The notes under the pieces are model-generated. The model saw nothing but the letters and a program-made list of their open reading frames with translations. It had not been told where the DNA came from and ran no database searches. Positions 51,174-59,598 of a stretch of 64,000 bases of DNA are shown here, piece by piece. Each line of letters opens with the position of its first letter. Position 1 is the first letter of the stretch. The position numbers and the translations under genes were made by a program. This stretch comes from Phycisphaerales bacterium. Lineage in GTDB: Bacteria; Planctomycetota; Phycisphaerae; Phycisphaerales; UBA1924. Location: the NCBI GenBank assembly GCA_046156035.1, contig JBJXEW010000016.1:15185-79184 (forward strand), given 5' to 3'.

Positions 51174-51521
51174 TTATCTGGACGGTCGCGTTCGCGGCGC
51201 GTTCGGCCCCGTGGCCCCGGTGCCCTTCGTTGCTGCGGACTTCATCCCCGCGCCCGTCGCCCGGGCTAGGCGCGCCTTGGCCGCGGCAAACTCCTCGTCG
51301 CTGAGCCGCCCCTCATCGTGCATGGCCCGCAACTGCGACAGCAGGCCCGCGTGACCCACCGCCGCGTCTTCGCCCGAAAGCATCTTCCGCCGCAGCACCA
51401 TGATCACCGCCGAAAGCAGCATCACCACGCCCACGAGAATGGCCGTCCACAGCAGGAGCGATGCCTCCCCGGAACCGCTCGGCGTTTGGGCAACGGTGCT
51501 TTGCAACAGCCAACCCCTCAC
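51174..51521 (-). CDS. SHOCT-domain membrane protein
   Basis: 115 aa with a GTG start. The TM segment is LLLWTAILVGVVMLLSAVIMVL, then LSQLRAMHDEGRLSDEEFAAAKARL (SHOCT motif). Confidence 0.65.
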   Translation of the reverse strand: MRGWLLQSTVAQTPSGSGEASLLLWTAILVGVVMLLSAVIMVLRRKMLSGEDAAVGHAGLLSQLRAMHDEGRLSDEEFAAAKARLARATGAGMKSAATKGTGATGPNAPRTRPSR

Positions 51522-52252
51522 GAACTCGACGAAGCAATCGCCTGGCGTATGGGCATGAGCAGGTTGGGCACCACACGCGTTCGCACGATCTCCTCGCCCG
51601 TCTCCGCCAGCGCCGTCTGGATTGTGAGCAGGTCGTCGATCTGGCGCACGCTCCCCACGCGCCGCAGCGTGAGGTACACGCTGATCACGCCCTCACCCTC
51701 CGCGCTGGGCGACCGCGGCCCGCGCTCGTTGCGGGTCTTCACCTCAAAGAACGCCTCCACGGGCTCCGGGCCTTCCAGCGTCATCGCCAGCATCGGCTGC
51801 ACGTTGCTCGGCGTGGCCCCCGGCAGGCTCATGAGCGAGGCCAGCGGGTGGCTCTCGCCCTGCCCGTACAACGCCTCGAACACAATCGCATCGTGGTTCC
51901 CGCCCGCGGCCATGTCAAAGCCATAAACCAATTCCACGCAGTCCACATCCAGCGGGCTGATCGACAGGAAATACGGGGCCGTCTCCAGCACCAGACGGTG
52001 CAGGCGGTACGCCTCCTTCGGGTTGGTCGGGTTCACCACGCCCGAACGCAGGCTCGTCTTCCTCAGTGACACCCACAGGGGGTGCTCATCCTCTTGTGAG
52101 GACTCCAGCGCCAGTTCACCGCTCGCCCGCTCGAAGCGGTCCATGCGGGGGAACTCCTTCCGCACGCGGTCGAAGATCGCCAGCACGGCCTCGCGGGCGG
52201 TGGGCAGGTCCATCTTCAGACTCAGGCGCTGATTGACATAAAAATCTGACAC
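51518..52252 (-). CDS. hypothetical protein
   Basis: ORF 51518..52375. Likely start is GTG 52252 or ATG 52213 (MDLPTAREAVLAIFDRVRKEF...). The stop overlaps the SHOCT gene start. No family recognised. Confidence 0.55.
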   Translation of the reverse strand: MSDFYVNQRLSLKMDLPTAREAVLAIFDRVRKEFPRMDRFERASGELALESSQEDEHPLWVSLRKTSLRSGVVNPTNPKEAYRLHRLVLETAPYFLSISPLDVDCVELVYGFDMAAGGNHDAIVFEALYGQGESHPLASLMSLPGATPSNVQPMLAMTLEGPEPVEAFFEVKTRNERGPRSPSAEGEGVISVYLTLRRVGSVRQIDDLLTIQTALAETGEEIVRTRVVPNLLMPIRQAIASSSS

Positions 52253-52472
52253 CCACGCCGCGTAGTTCGGCGCGGGCTCGTTGCGGTCGTCGGGCGGACG
52301 CCTGTTGGGGGGTCGGTGTGCGATGGGAGAGTGTATTCTGGCAACGCGGAAAGGGAAGCCGCCTTGACCTCCCACTCGCAGCGGTTCGGCCCCCGTTATT
52401 GTTCCTCCGCGCTCGCGCCAAACGCCACACCGTCAGTTCGCCCTCCGGCCTCGCGTAGACGATAATTACACC

Positions 52473-52676
52473 ATGAGCCAGGCAACCACCGTGGAGTTCT
52501 CACAGGAACAGCACGACCGACTCGCGGCCGAGGCTGGCGCGATGGGCCTGACCATCCCCGCCTACATCGAGTTTCTCGCCAACGGCCGCCAGCGACTGCA
52601 CGACGGCCAGTTCGTGGACGCAGCCCGCTTCATGATGAGCAAGCACGACGCGTCGCTGCGAAAGTTGGCGCGGTGA
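52473..52676 (+). CDS. small ribbon-helix-helix-like protein (antitoxin-like, orphan)
   Basis: 67 aa. TVEFSQEQHDRLAAEAGAMGLTIPAYIEFL has a beta-strand followed by two helices, typical of RHH/CopG-type domains. Confidence 0.45.
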   Translation: MSQATTVEFSQEQHDRLAAEAGAMGLTIPAYIEFLANGRQRLHDGQFVDAARFMMSKHDASLRKLAR

Positions 52677-52839
52677 GTCCGCTGGCGAACGGCCACCCCC
52701 GGCTCATCTCCACCGATCAAAGCCTTCGCTGCTGTTCGCCTTGACCTCTACCGCCTACCTGAGGCCATGGGCTACGAGTGGTAGGTCTCGTCGCGTAAGC
52801 CACCCCCAGCCCCTCCCCCGCTTCCGTTACACTCCGCCC

Positions 52840-53523
52840 ATGCCCTCCCTCTTCCGCTCCCCTCACCGCCTCCCGCTCATCGCCCCCTCCATCCTCGCGG
52901 CAGACTTCGCCGACATGGCCGAGGACTGCCGCTCCGTCCTCAAGGCCGGTGCCGACCTGCTCCACGTCGACGTGATGGATGGACACTTCGTTCCCAACCT
53001 CACGCTGGGCCCGGACATGGTCCGTGATGTCCGCAAGCACTGCCCGCTGGCGTTCCTCGACGTGCACCTGATGGTCACCGACCCGGAGCGCTTCATCGAT
53101 CCCTTCGTGGCCGCCGGCGCGAACCACATCACCTTCCACGTGGAGGTCATCCCGCCCGAGCGCATCGCCGAGGTCTCCGAGCGCATCCGCGCTCACGGCA
53201 TCACCTCCGGCCTGTGCATCAACCCGCCCACACCCGTGGAACGCATCCTCCCCCACGTGGACAAGGTCGATCTCCTCCTCGTCATGTCCGTCAACCCGGG
53301 CTTCGGGGGCCAGGCCTTCATTCAAGAAAGCCTCGAAAAGACCCGGGCCATCAGCGAAGAACTCATGCCCAACCAGCGCCTCGAAATGGATGGGGGTATC
53401 AAGCCCGCAAACGCCGATGACGTGATCGAGGCGGGCTGCGATGTCCTCGTCTCCGGCTCAGCCGTTTTCGGCCTGCCGCACGACCGCCGCGCCGCGGCCA
53501 TCACCGCGCTTCGCGGTAAGTAA
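52840..53523 (+). CDS. rpe: ribulose-phosphate 3-epimerase
   Basis: ATG 52840. IAPSILAADFA, HVDVMDGHFVPNLT, DVHLMV, VMSVNPGFGGQAF, MDGGI. Confidence 0.93.
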   Translation: MPSLFRSPHRLPLIAPSILAADFADMAEDCRSVLKAGADLLHVDVMDGHFVPNLTLGPDMVRDVRKHCPLAFLDVHLMVTDPERFIDPFVAAGANHITFHVEVIPPERIAEVSERIRAHGITSGLCINPPTPVERILPHVDKVDLLLVMSVNPGFGGQAFIQESLEKTRAISEELMPNQRLEMDGGIKPANADDVIEAGCDVLVSGSAVFGLPHDRRAAAITALRGK

Positions 53524-53757
53524 CCGTTCGGGTTCGTGCGCGGCACGACGCCTCACTGCGTACACTTCGTCGTTCAGGAACGCCGTTGATATGATCGTGC
53601 TTTGTTTGGATTGAACAGTTGACGCAGGCGAGATGTCGGATCAGGATGTTCCGAACAACTCGCAGGCTTCGTGGGCGAACTTCGTGGAAACGAGCATGAA
53701 GCCCCCTTGGCCAAGCCCCGCGTTGCGTTGTCGAGCCGGCATGTGCAAGGAACGCCC

Positions 53758-54681
53758 ATGAGCAAGGCCCCCACCAGGACCGCCCGCCCAGCCTCACCTC
53801 CAACCGCCCCAACCCCCGACGCGGGCGGCGGTGCCGCCATCGCTGCGCCACCCGCCCGGTCATGGTCCGATGTGAAAGAGCCCCGCCGGGCGGTCATCCC
53901 CGAGGGCCTCTGGCTCCGCTGCCCCTCCTGCTCGGGCATGGTCTACCGCAAGCAGATGGAGGCCAACCTCCACTGCTGCCCGGAGTGCCAGCACCACTTC
54001 CGCATCTCCGCCGGCGAGCGCATCCGCCAACTCACCGACCCCGACACGTTCGAGCCCATGTGGGCGAACCTCCGGTCGGCCGATCCGTTGGGCTTCAAAG
54101 ACCTGAAGAGTTACCGCGAACGCCTGCTCGCCGAGCAGATCAAGAGCGAGTGCGTTGACGCGGTCAAGGCCGGCACCGGCTTCGTCAAGGGTCGGCAGGT
54201 CATGCTCTGCTGCCTCGACCTCTCCTTCATGATGGGCTCCATGGGCAGCGTCGTCGGCGAGATCGTCACACGATCCATCGAGCACGCCACCACCGAGGGC
54301 CTGCCGCTCCTGATCGTCTCATGCTCCGGCGGTGCCCGCATGCAGGAGTCGGGCCTCTCCCTCATGCAGATGGCCAAGACCTCCGCCGCGCTCGCCCGCT
54401 TCGACGATGCCCGCGGCCTCTACATCAGCCTCCTCACCGACCCGACCACCGGCGGTGTCACCGCCTCCTTCGCCATGCTGGGCGACATCATCATCGCCGA
54501 GCCCAAGGCCCTCATCGGTTTCGCCGGGCCACGCGTCATCCAGCAGACCATCCGCCAGGAACTCCCCGAAGGCTTCCAACGCTCCGAGTACCTCCTCGGC
54601 GGCGGCATGGTCGATCGCGTGGTGAGCCGCGCCAACCTCCGCACCGAGATCGCCCGTGTCATCGACTACGCCGGCAAGTGA
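53758..54681 (+). CDS. accD: acetyl-CoA carboxylase carboxyltransferase beta subunit
   Basis: ATG 53758 (AAGGAA RBS). Zinc ribbon CPSC...CPEC, MGGSMGSVVGE-like FMMGSMGSVVGE, SGGARMQE, LTDPTTGGVTASFA. Confidence 0.93.
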   Translation: MSKAPTRTARPASPPTAPTPDAGGGAAIAAPPARSWSDVKEPRRAVIPEGLWLRCPSCSGMVYRKQMEANLHCCPECQHHFRISAGERIRQLTDPDTFEPMWANLRSADPLGFKDLKSYRERLLAEQIKSECVDAVKAGTGFVKGRQVMLCCLDLSFMMGSMGSVVGEIVTRSIEHATTEGLPLLIVSCSGGARMQESGLSLMQMAKTSAALARFDDARGLYISLLTDPTTGGVTASFAMLGDIIIAEPKALIGFAGPRVIQQTIRQELPEGFQRSEYLLGGGMVDRVVSRANLRTEIARVIDYAGK

Positions 54682-56530
54682 GCCCGCGGCCGGCACCTCG
54701 CCCGCCGCGTTCTCCGAACGCGCCGCCCCGGGCCGATGGGCCTTCCTGCTGGCGGGCCTGCTCCACACCATCCTCTCCATCGCCGCCTTCCCGCCCGTCT
54801 CGTGGTGGCCACTGGCCGTACTCGCCCCGCTCCCGCTGGCATGGGCGGTTGTACGGGCCACCACCAACCCCGCCCTCGCCGCACGCTGGACCGCCCTGGG
54901 CGTATTCCCGCTGTGGGTCTTTCACGAGCGCTGGCTCATCGATGTCGCGGGCCTGTGGTACATCCTGCTTGCGATCTATCTCGCCCTGATCACGTGGGCC
55001 TTCGTTCGCATCACCGCGCCCGCGCTGGCGCGGCACAGCCGCGCATCCGCCCCGTTCCTCATAGCGCTCGCCTGGACCGGCCTCGAGGTCCTGCGCGGCG
55101 AACTCATCTGGGGCGGCTACGCGTGGTATCTCACCGGCCACCCGCTCATCGAGATCGCCGCGCTGGCCGCCCCTGCCGCGTGGTTCGGCCAATACGGACT
55201 CACGTTCATCGTCATGCTTGTCGCCGCGACCTTGGCATGCTGCACCGCGCCGCCACAGCCACCCGCGGCCATCGTCACCGCACGCCATCGGCTTTCCACG
55301 GCATGGCCCGCGGCCATCGCCCTCGCGGCGTGGTGCGGCCTGGGTATCGCGTTGCGCGCCATTGCCGATCCATCCGCCACCACAACCGCGCGCGTCGCGC
55401 TCGTGCAAACCGAACTGCCGCAGGACAACAAAGAAGGCTGGACACTCGCGGGCCGCTTGCGTGAGTTCGCACGCCTCGTGGAACTCACTGAGCACGCCGC
55501 GGCATCCGACCCGCCCCCAGACCTCATCGTCTGGCCCGAAACCATGTTCCCCGGCGCGGCTCTCAACGCCCAGGCCGTGCAGGCCCAGCGGGCCGCCGGC
55601 CTCGGCTACGCCCTCGACGCGGCCGATGTGCCGCTGGCGTTTCGGGAAGCCCTGCCACCCCGCAATGGGTCGGCCCGCGTCTTCCTCCCGGCCACCTTCT
55701 TCGCCGACGCGCTCACGGCCGCGCAGGCACGCCTGCGTATCCCGGTGCTCGTGGGCGCCGTCGCCAGCGAAGGCCTGGTCATCTCCACCGCCGCGGACGG
55801 CCGCGTCTCGCAGAAGGCCGACGCTCGCTTCAACAGCGCGTTCCTTGTCAGCAACGGCCGCGTGGACGCCACACGCTACGACAAGATGGAACTCATGGCC
55901 TTCGGCGAGGTCGTGCCCTACATCTGGCGCTTCCAGAAACTGGCCGACTGGGTCGTGAGCCTCGGTGTCCGCGGCTGGACCATGGACCTCGCATGGGGCC
56001 GTGGCCCCTCGGCCTTTGACCTGCCGCTCCAGCCAAACTCTCCCGGCGCTCCCCCCCGCGGCACACTGCGATTCGCCGCGCCGATCTGCTTCGAGGGCTC
56101 GATGAGCCGCGTGGGGCGCGCCCTGGTCAATCAACCCGAAGGCGCGGGTGGGCACGCCCAACTCCTCGTCAACATCTCCAACGACGGCTGGTTCGGCACC
56201 ACGCCCGGCGGGCGCGAGGCCCACCTGCTGGCCTGCCGCTGGCGCTCGGTCGAGTTAGCCGTGCCCCTGCTCCGCGCAGTCAACACCGGCCAGTCCGCTT
56301 GGGTGAATGCTTCCGGCCGGTTGGTTGCAGCCCTGCCCGCCTACGCCAGCAAGGCCCCCGGCCCCGGCAGCGTCCTGCACGCTGCGCCCGCCATCAACCC
56401 GTCACGCCTCACACCCTTCGCACGCTTTGGCAACATCTTCGGCTTTGCGGCCCTCGCGGGCACGGGCGGCCTGTTGTTCATGCAGGTCTGCGCCCGCCTC
56501 CGCGCCAAGTCTCGTCCCAGGTCGCCATGA
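54656..56530 (+). CDS. lnt: apolipoprotein N-acyltransferase
   Basis: Multi-TM N-terminal half. The CN-hydrolase domain has WPET, a catalytic Cys in PICFEG, and NISNDGWFG. The start (GTG 54656) is uncertain. Confidence 0.85.
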   Translation: MSSTTPASEPAAGTSPAAFSERAAPGRWAFLLAGLLHTILSIAAFPPVSWWPLAVLAPLPLAWAVVRATTNPALAARWTALGVFPLWVFHERWLIDVAGLWYILLAIYLALITWAFVRITAPALARHSRASAPFLIALAWTGLEVLRGELIWGGYAWYLTGHPLIEIAALAAPAAWFGQYGLTFIVMLVAATLACCTAPPQPPAAIVTARHRLSTAWPAAIALAAWCGLGIALRAIADPSATTTARVALVQTELPQDNKEGWTLAGRLREFARLVELTEHAAASDPPPDLIVWPETMFPGAALNAQAVQAQRAAGLGYALDAADVPLAFREALPPRNGSARVFLPATFFADALTAAQARLRIPVLVGAVASEGLVISTAADGRVSQKADARFNSAFLVSNGRVDATRYDKMELMAFGEVVPYIWRFQKLADWVVSLGVRGWTMDLAWGRGPSAFDLPLQPNSPGAPPRGTLRFAAPICFEGSMSRVGRALVNQPEGAGGHAQLLVNISNDGWFGTTPGGREAHLLACRWRSVELAVPLLRAVNTGQSAWVNASGRLVAALPAYASKAPGPGSVLHAAPAINPSRLTPFARFGNIFGFAALAGTGGLLFMQVCARLRAKSRPRSP

Positions 56531-57684
56531 ACGCCCCCGGCCTTCGCTCCGTATCATCGCCCATGCCCAAGCCCGAATGGCTGCTCTGCACGCTCGCCCT
56601 CTGCGCCATCACCGGATGCGCGTCCAGCCCCACGTCAACCGCCTCCGCCCCCCTCGCGCCCCCCGCACGCCCAGCCGCGCGGCCAATGCCCATGGCCGCC
56701 CCCGCCAGCACCGAGCCGGTCAGAACCGAGTACTCCGCCGTCGATCAATCACAGTTGCGCGAGCGTGCCCTGCAAACCCTCGCCGCCGCAAGCATGAACC
56801 CTGCCGCGGAGCAGCGTGCCAACGCCATCGAGGCCCTGCTCCCGGTCCCCGGCCGCCTTGAACCCGTCGTCCGCCGCGCCGTGGCAGACGAGAACCTCGC
56901 CGTGCGCGCCATCGCCGCGACCGCGATCGGCAAGGCGCGGCTCAAATCCAGCGCCGACTTCGTGCGGCCTCTGCTCAACGACCCGGCGCCGATGGTCCGC
57001 ATGGGCGCGATCTACGCGCTGGCCCGTTGCGGCGAATCGGTCGACCAGTCGCCCCTGGCGGGGTTCCTCCGCAGCCCCGAGTTGCTCGTGCGCGCTCAGG
57101 CCGCCTTTATTCTCGGTGAGATCGCCAACAGCACCGCCCTGCCCATGCTCCGAGACGCGGCACGGCAGGCCTCGCCCCGAGCCGATCCGCTCCAGGCACG
57201 CCTCATGTACTTGCAAATGGCCGAGGCCATGATCAAACTCGGCGATGAGAACGCCATCCACGAGATCCGCGCCGCCCTCTACCCCGCACGCCCCGAAGAC
57301 CTTGAAGCCACGGCGCTCGCCGCCCAGATTCTCGGCCAGGTGAAGGACCGCGGCTCGCAGTCGCAACTCATCAACCTCGTCGCCATCGTTGACCCGCAGG
57401 CCGGCCCGATGCCCCCGGAGATCCGCCTCGCCAGCGCCCAGAGCCTCGCCGGCATGGGCTGGCCCCGCGCGGCGGAGGTCGCCGCGGAGCACATCGCCTC
57501 TCCCTCAGGACCGATCCGGGCCCAATCCGCCCTGGTGCTGGGCGCCACCGGTCAGCGCGCCAACCTCCCGGCCCTCGCCCCCCTCCTGACCGATCCCGAG
57601 CCCATGGTGGCGATCTCCGCCGCGGCCGCCGTGCTGAAGATCACCGATGGCCCCGGGGTGGGCATGAGGCCCGCTGCCCGGTAA
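56527..57684 (+). CDS. HEAT-repeat lipoprotein
   Basis: The ATG overlaps the lnt stop (ATGA). Lipobox LALCAITGC. Repeated ...VR..AA.ALG... HEAT/PBS-lyase-like units follow (NLAVRAIAATAIGK; APMVRMGAIYALAR; ELLVRAQAAFILGE; GPIRAQSALVLGA). Confidence 0.75.
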   Translation: MNAPGLRSVSSPMPKPEWLLCTLALCAITGCASSPTSTASAPLAPPARPAARPMPMAAPASTEPVRTEYSAVDQSQLRERALQTLAAASMNPAAEQRANAIEALLPVPGRLEPVVRRAVADENLAVRAIAATAIGKARLKSSADFVRPLLNDPAPMVRMGAIYALARCGESVDQSPLAGFLRSPELLVRAQAAFILGEIANSTALPMLRDAARQASPRADPLQARLMYLQMAEAMIKLGDENAIHEIRAALYPARPEDLEATALAAQILGQVKDRGSQSQLINLVAIVDPQAGPMPPEIRLASAQSLAGMGWPRAAEVAAEHIASPSGPIRAQSALVLGATGQRANLPALAPLLTDPEPMVAISAAAAVLKITDGPGVGMRPAAR

Positions 57685-57903
57685 CGGCTCCAGCCGTGTG
57701 CGTGGAACCGCAACCCCCTGCCACAGCGTAACTTGACAACAGCCGGGGCGATCGGATATCAACCCGACTCCCAGCCCGAGCCCACGGCCTGATCGGGACT
57801 TGACCGGTGCCGCTGGCTACACTCTCCGCCCCCTGCCCGGGCCACGGTTTGCGTGGCCCAGCGTTCGCCCGGCGCACGCGCCCCTGCCCTGAGGAACCTG
57901 ACC

Positions 57904-58758
57904 ATGCACATCGTTACCAAGATCCTGATCGTCTTCGGCGCGGTCCTCAGCGTGCTGCTCTCCGCCCTCACCATCGCCTACGCCTCCAACGCCGACGCCA
58001 TCGCCGGCGCTTTCCGCAGCGAGCAGACCGCCCGCCTCGCCGCTGAGTCGGAGCGTGCCTCCGGCATCGCCCTCTCGCAGGCTGAGAAGGCCTCCCTCCA
58101 GCAGGCCAAGGAGACGGCCGAGGCCGAGAAGGCCGTCCTCGTGCGTGAGGTCAGCCAACTCCAGAACGAGCGTTCCCAACTCATCACCGAGGTTCAGAAC
58201 GCCAAACTCGCCGACCAGTCCATCAAGAACCAGATCGCCAACCTCACCGCCACCGCCGAGGCCAACGCCGCCATCATCGGCACCCTCAACAAGGAAGTCG
58301 GCTCGCTCCGCGAGGCCCAGGTCAAGGGCACACGCCGCGAGACCGAACTGGTCGACCGCCTCAACGACCTCGACGGCCAGCGCCAGGTGCTGGAGCAGAG
58401 CACCCGCGCCCTGCAGGAGCAACTCGCCGAGGCCCGCACGGCGCTCGAGCAGGCCAAGAGCGGCGTGAGCGCGACCGCAGGCACCGCCCAGCCCTTCGTG
58501 GCCAGCGGCCCGCTCGTGCAGGCTCGCATCCGTCAGACCTTCAAGAGCCCCGCAGGCGATGACATGGCCGTCATCTCCGAAGGCAGCAACGCGGGCCTCA
58601 AGCCCAACCAGAAACTCTCCATCGTGCGCGGCGGCCAGTTCGTGGCCACGCTCGTCATCACCACGACCGACCTCACGCAGGCCGTCGGCCGTATCGACCG
58701 CCTCGGCCGCACCGTTGAGATCAAGCCCGAAGATGTCGTCCTCAGCCGCCTGGACTGA
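57904..58758 (+). CDS. membrane-anchored coiled-coil protein with C-terminal beta domain
   Basis: ATG 57904 (GAGGAA RBS). The TM segment is IVTKILIVFGAVLSVLLSALTIAY. About 180 aa of heptad-like Q/E/A/L-rich sequence follows, then ...VISEGSNAGLKPNQKLSIVRGGQFVATLVIT... Confidence 0.65.
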   Translation: MHIVTKILIVFGAVLSVLLSALTIAYASNADAIAGAFRSEQTARLAAESERASGIALSQAEKASLQQAKETAEAEKAVLVREVSQLQNERSQLITEVQNAKLADQSIKNQIANLTATAEANAAIIGTLNKEVGSLREAQVKGTRRETELVDRLNDLDGQRQVLEQSTRALQEQLAEARTALEQAKSGVSATAGTAQPFVASGPLVQARIRQTFKSPAGDDMAVISEGSNAGLKPNQKLSIVRGGQFVATLVITTTDLTQAVGRIDRLGRTVEIKPEDVVLSRLD

Positions 58759-58791
58759 CACCCACGCACACGCCCCCAAAGCGAGCCTGCC

Positions 58792-58989
58792 ATGAGCCAA
58801 CTTGGAATGCAGATGCCGGGCGGTTCGCGCCGGGCCTCAACCTTGAACGTCTACACCGGCCTGCTCTTCCTCGCCGTCGTCGCGCTCGCAACCGCCAGCG
58901 TCATGGTCTACGTGGGCGCGGCCAAGGTTGGCCGCGCGGGCGACCCCTTCGCCATGCAGGATGCCAAGCGCATCGAGATCCGCAAGTAA
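58792..58989 (+). CDS. small membrane protein
   Basis: 65 aa with one TM segment (VYTGLLFLAVVALATASVMVYVGA), 33 nt after the coiled-coil gene. Confidence 0.45.
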   Translation: MSQLGMQMPGGSRRASTLNVYTGLLFLAVVALATASVMVYVGAAKVGRAGDPFAMQDAKRIEIRK

Positions 58990-59079
58990 GTTCCCCGCCG
59001 CAGCCGCGAGGCCTCTCACACGCCGCGGGAACCGCTCTCCACGCGCTCGTCCGCTCTGCGTCGATGTGCCCGGCCGTGC

Positions 59080-59107
59080 TTGACACGGCCGATGGGCGGT
59101 CTAGATT
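59080..59107 (+). promoter_or_regulatory. candidate sigma70-type promoter for tRNA-Asp
   Basis: TTGACA (59080-85), 16-nt spacer, TAGATT (59102-07), ~44 nt upstream of the tRNA. Confidence 0.5.
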
Positions 59108-59150
59108 TCTCCCCCTGCCGCGGGGCTTTCGCGGCGACAACTCAACCGTC

Positions 59151-59224
59151 GGGGCGGTAGCTCAATTGGTTAGAGCACCGGACTGTCGATCCGGAGGTTG
59201 CGGGTTCGATTCCCGTCCGCCTCG
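59151..59224 (+). tRNA. tRNA-Asp (anticodon GUC)
   Basis: Hand-folded. Acceptor GGGGCGG/CCGCCTC (one G-U pair), D stem GCTC/GAGC, anticodon stem CCGGA/TCCGG with loop CTGTCGA, T arm GCGGG-TTCGATT-CCCGT. No encoded CCA. Confidence 0.9.
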
Positions 59225-59234
59225 TTTGAAAACA

Positions 59235-59266
59235 GCCTCGCCGCCCGGCGGGGCCTTTTCGTTTTT
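59235..59266 (+). terminator. Rho-independent terminator after tRNA-Asp
   Basis: Stem 59235-42 pairs with 59247-54 (GCCTCGCC / GGCGGGGC, one G-U pair) with loop GCCC, followed by CTTTTCGTTTTT. Confidence 0.75.
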
Positions 59267-59598
59267 GAGCCCGCCGGACGCCCGGTCGCAGGCGCGCTCT
59301 CACGTGCGCCCGTCACCCAGGCCCGTTTCACTCGCCTCTCACGCGCAACCCGCACCGCGCTGCCGCTGAACGGTGCCGCGGCCATGGGGGAAATACACCC
59401 GAATAGGCCGCCGCCCCGCGAATCGCTCGTGCGCAGGAACGTGGCGGGCATAGGGTGCGCCCGGGTCGCCGAGTCAACGCACCACGCGACCTTGCGACGA
59501 ACCCTCGCCCGACCGTTCTGTCGCGCGGTAGCACCACGTCCCTCCCGGCCTCGTCCCGTTCCGTCGGCCACACCCCGCAAGCGGCCATTGACACGCCC

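Noticed and set aside
57800-57823. TTGACC ... TACACT promoter-like boxes upstream of the coiled-coil gene
   Set aside because: The spacer is only 12 nt, which is incompatible with sigma70-type -35/-10 geometry. A second candidate (TTGACA 57733-38 / TATCAA 57757-62, 18-nt spacer) is too weak to call.
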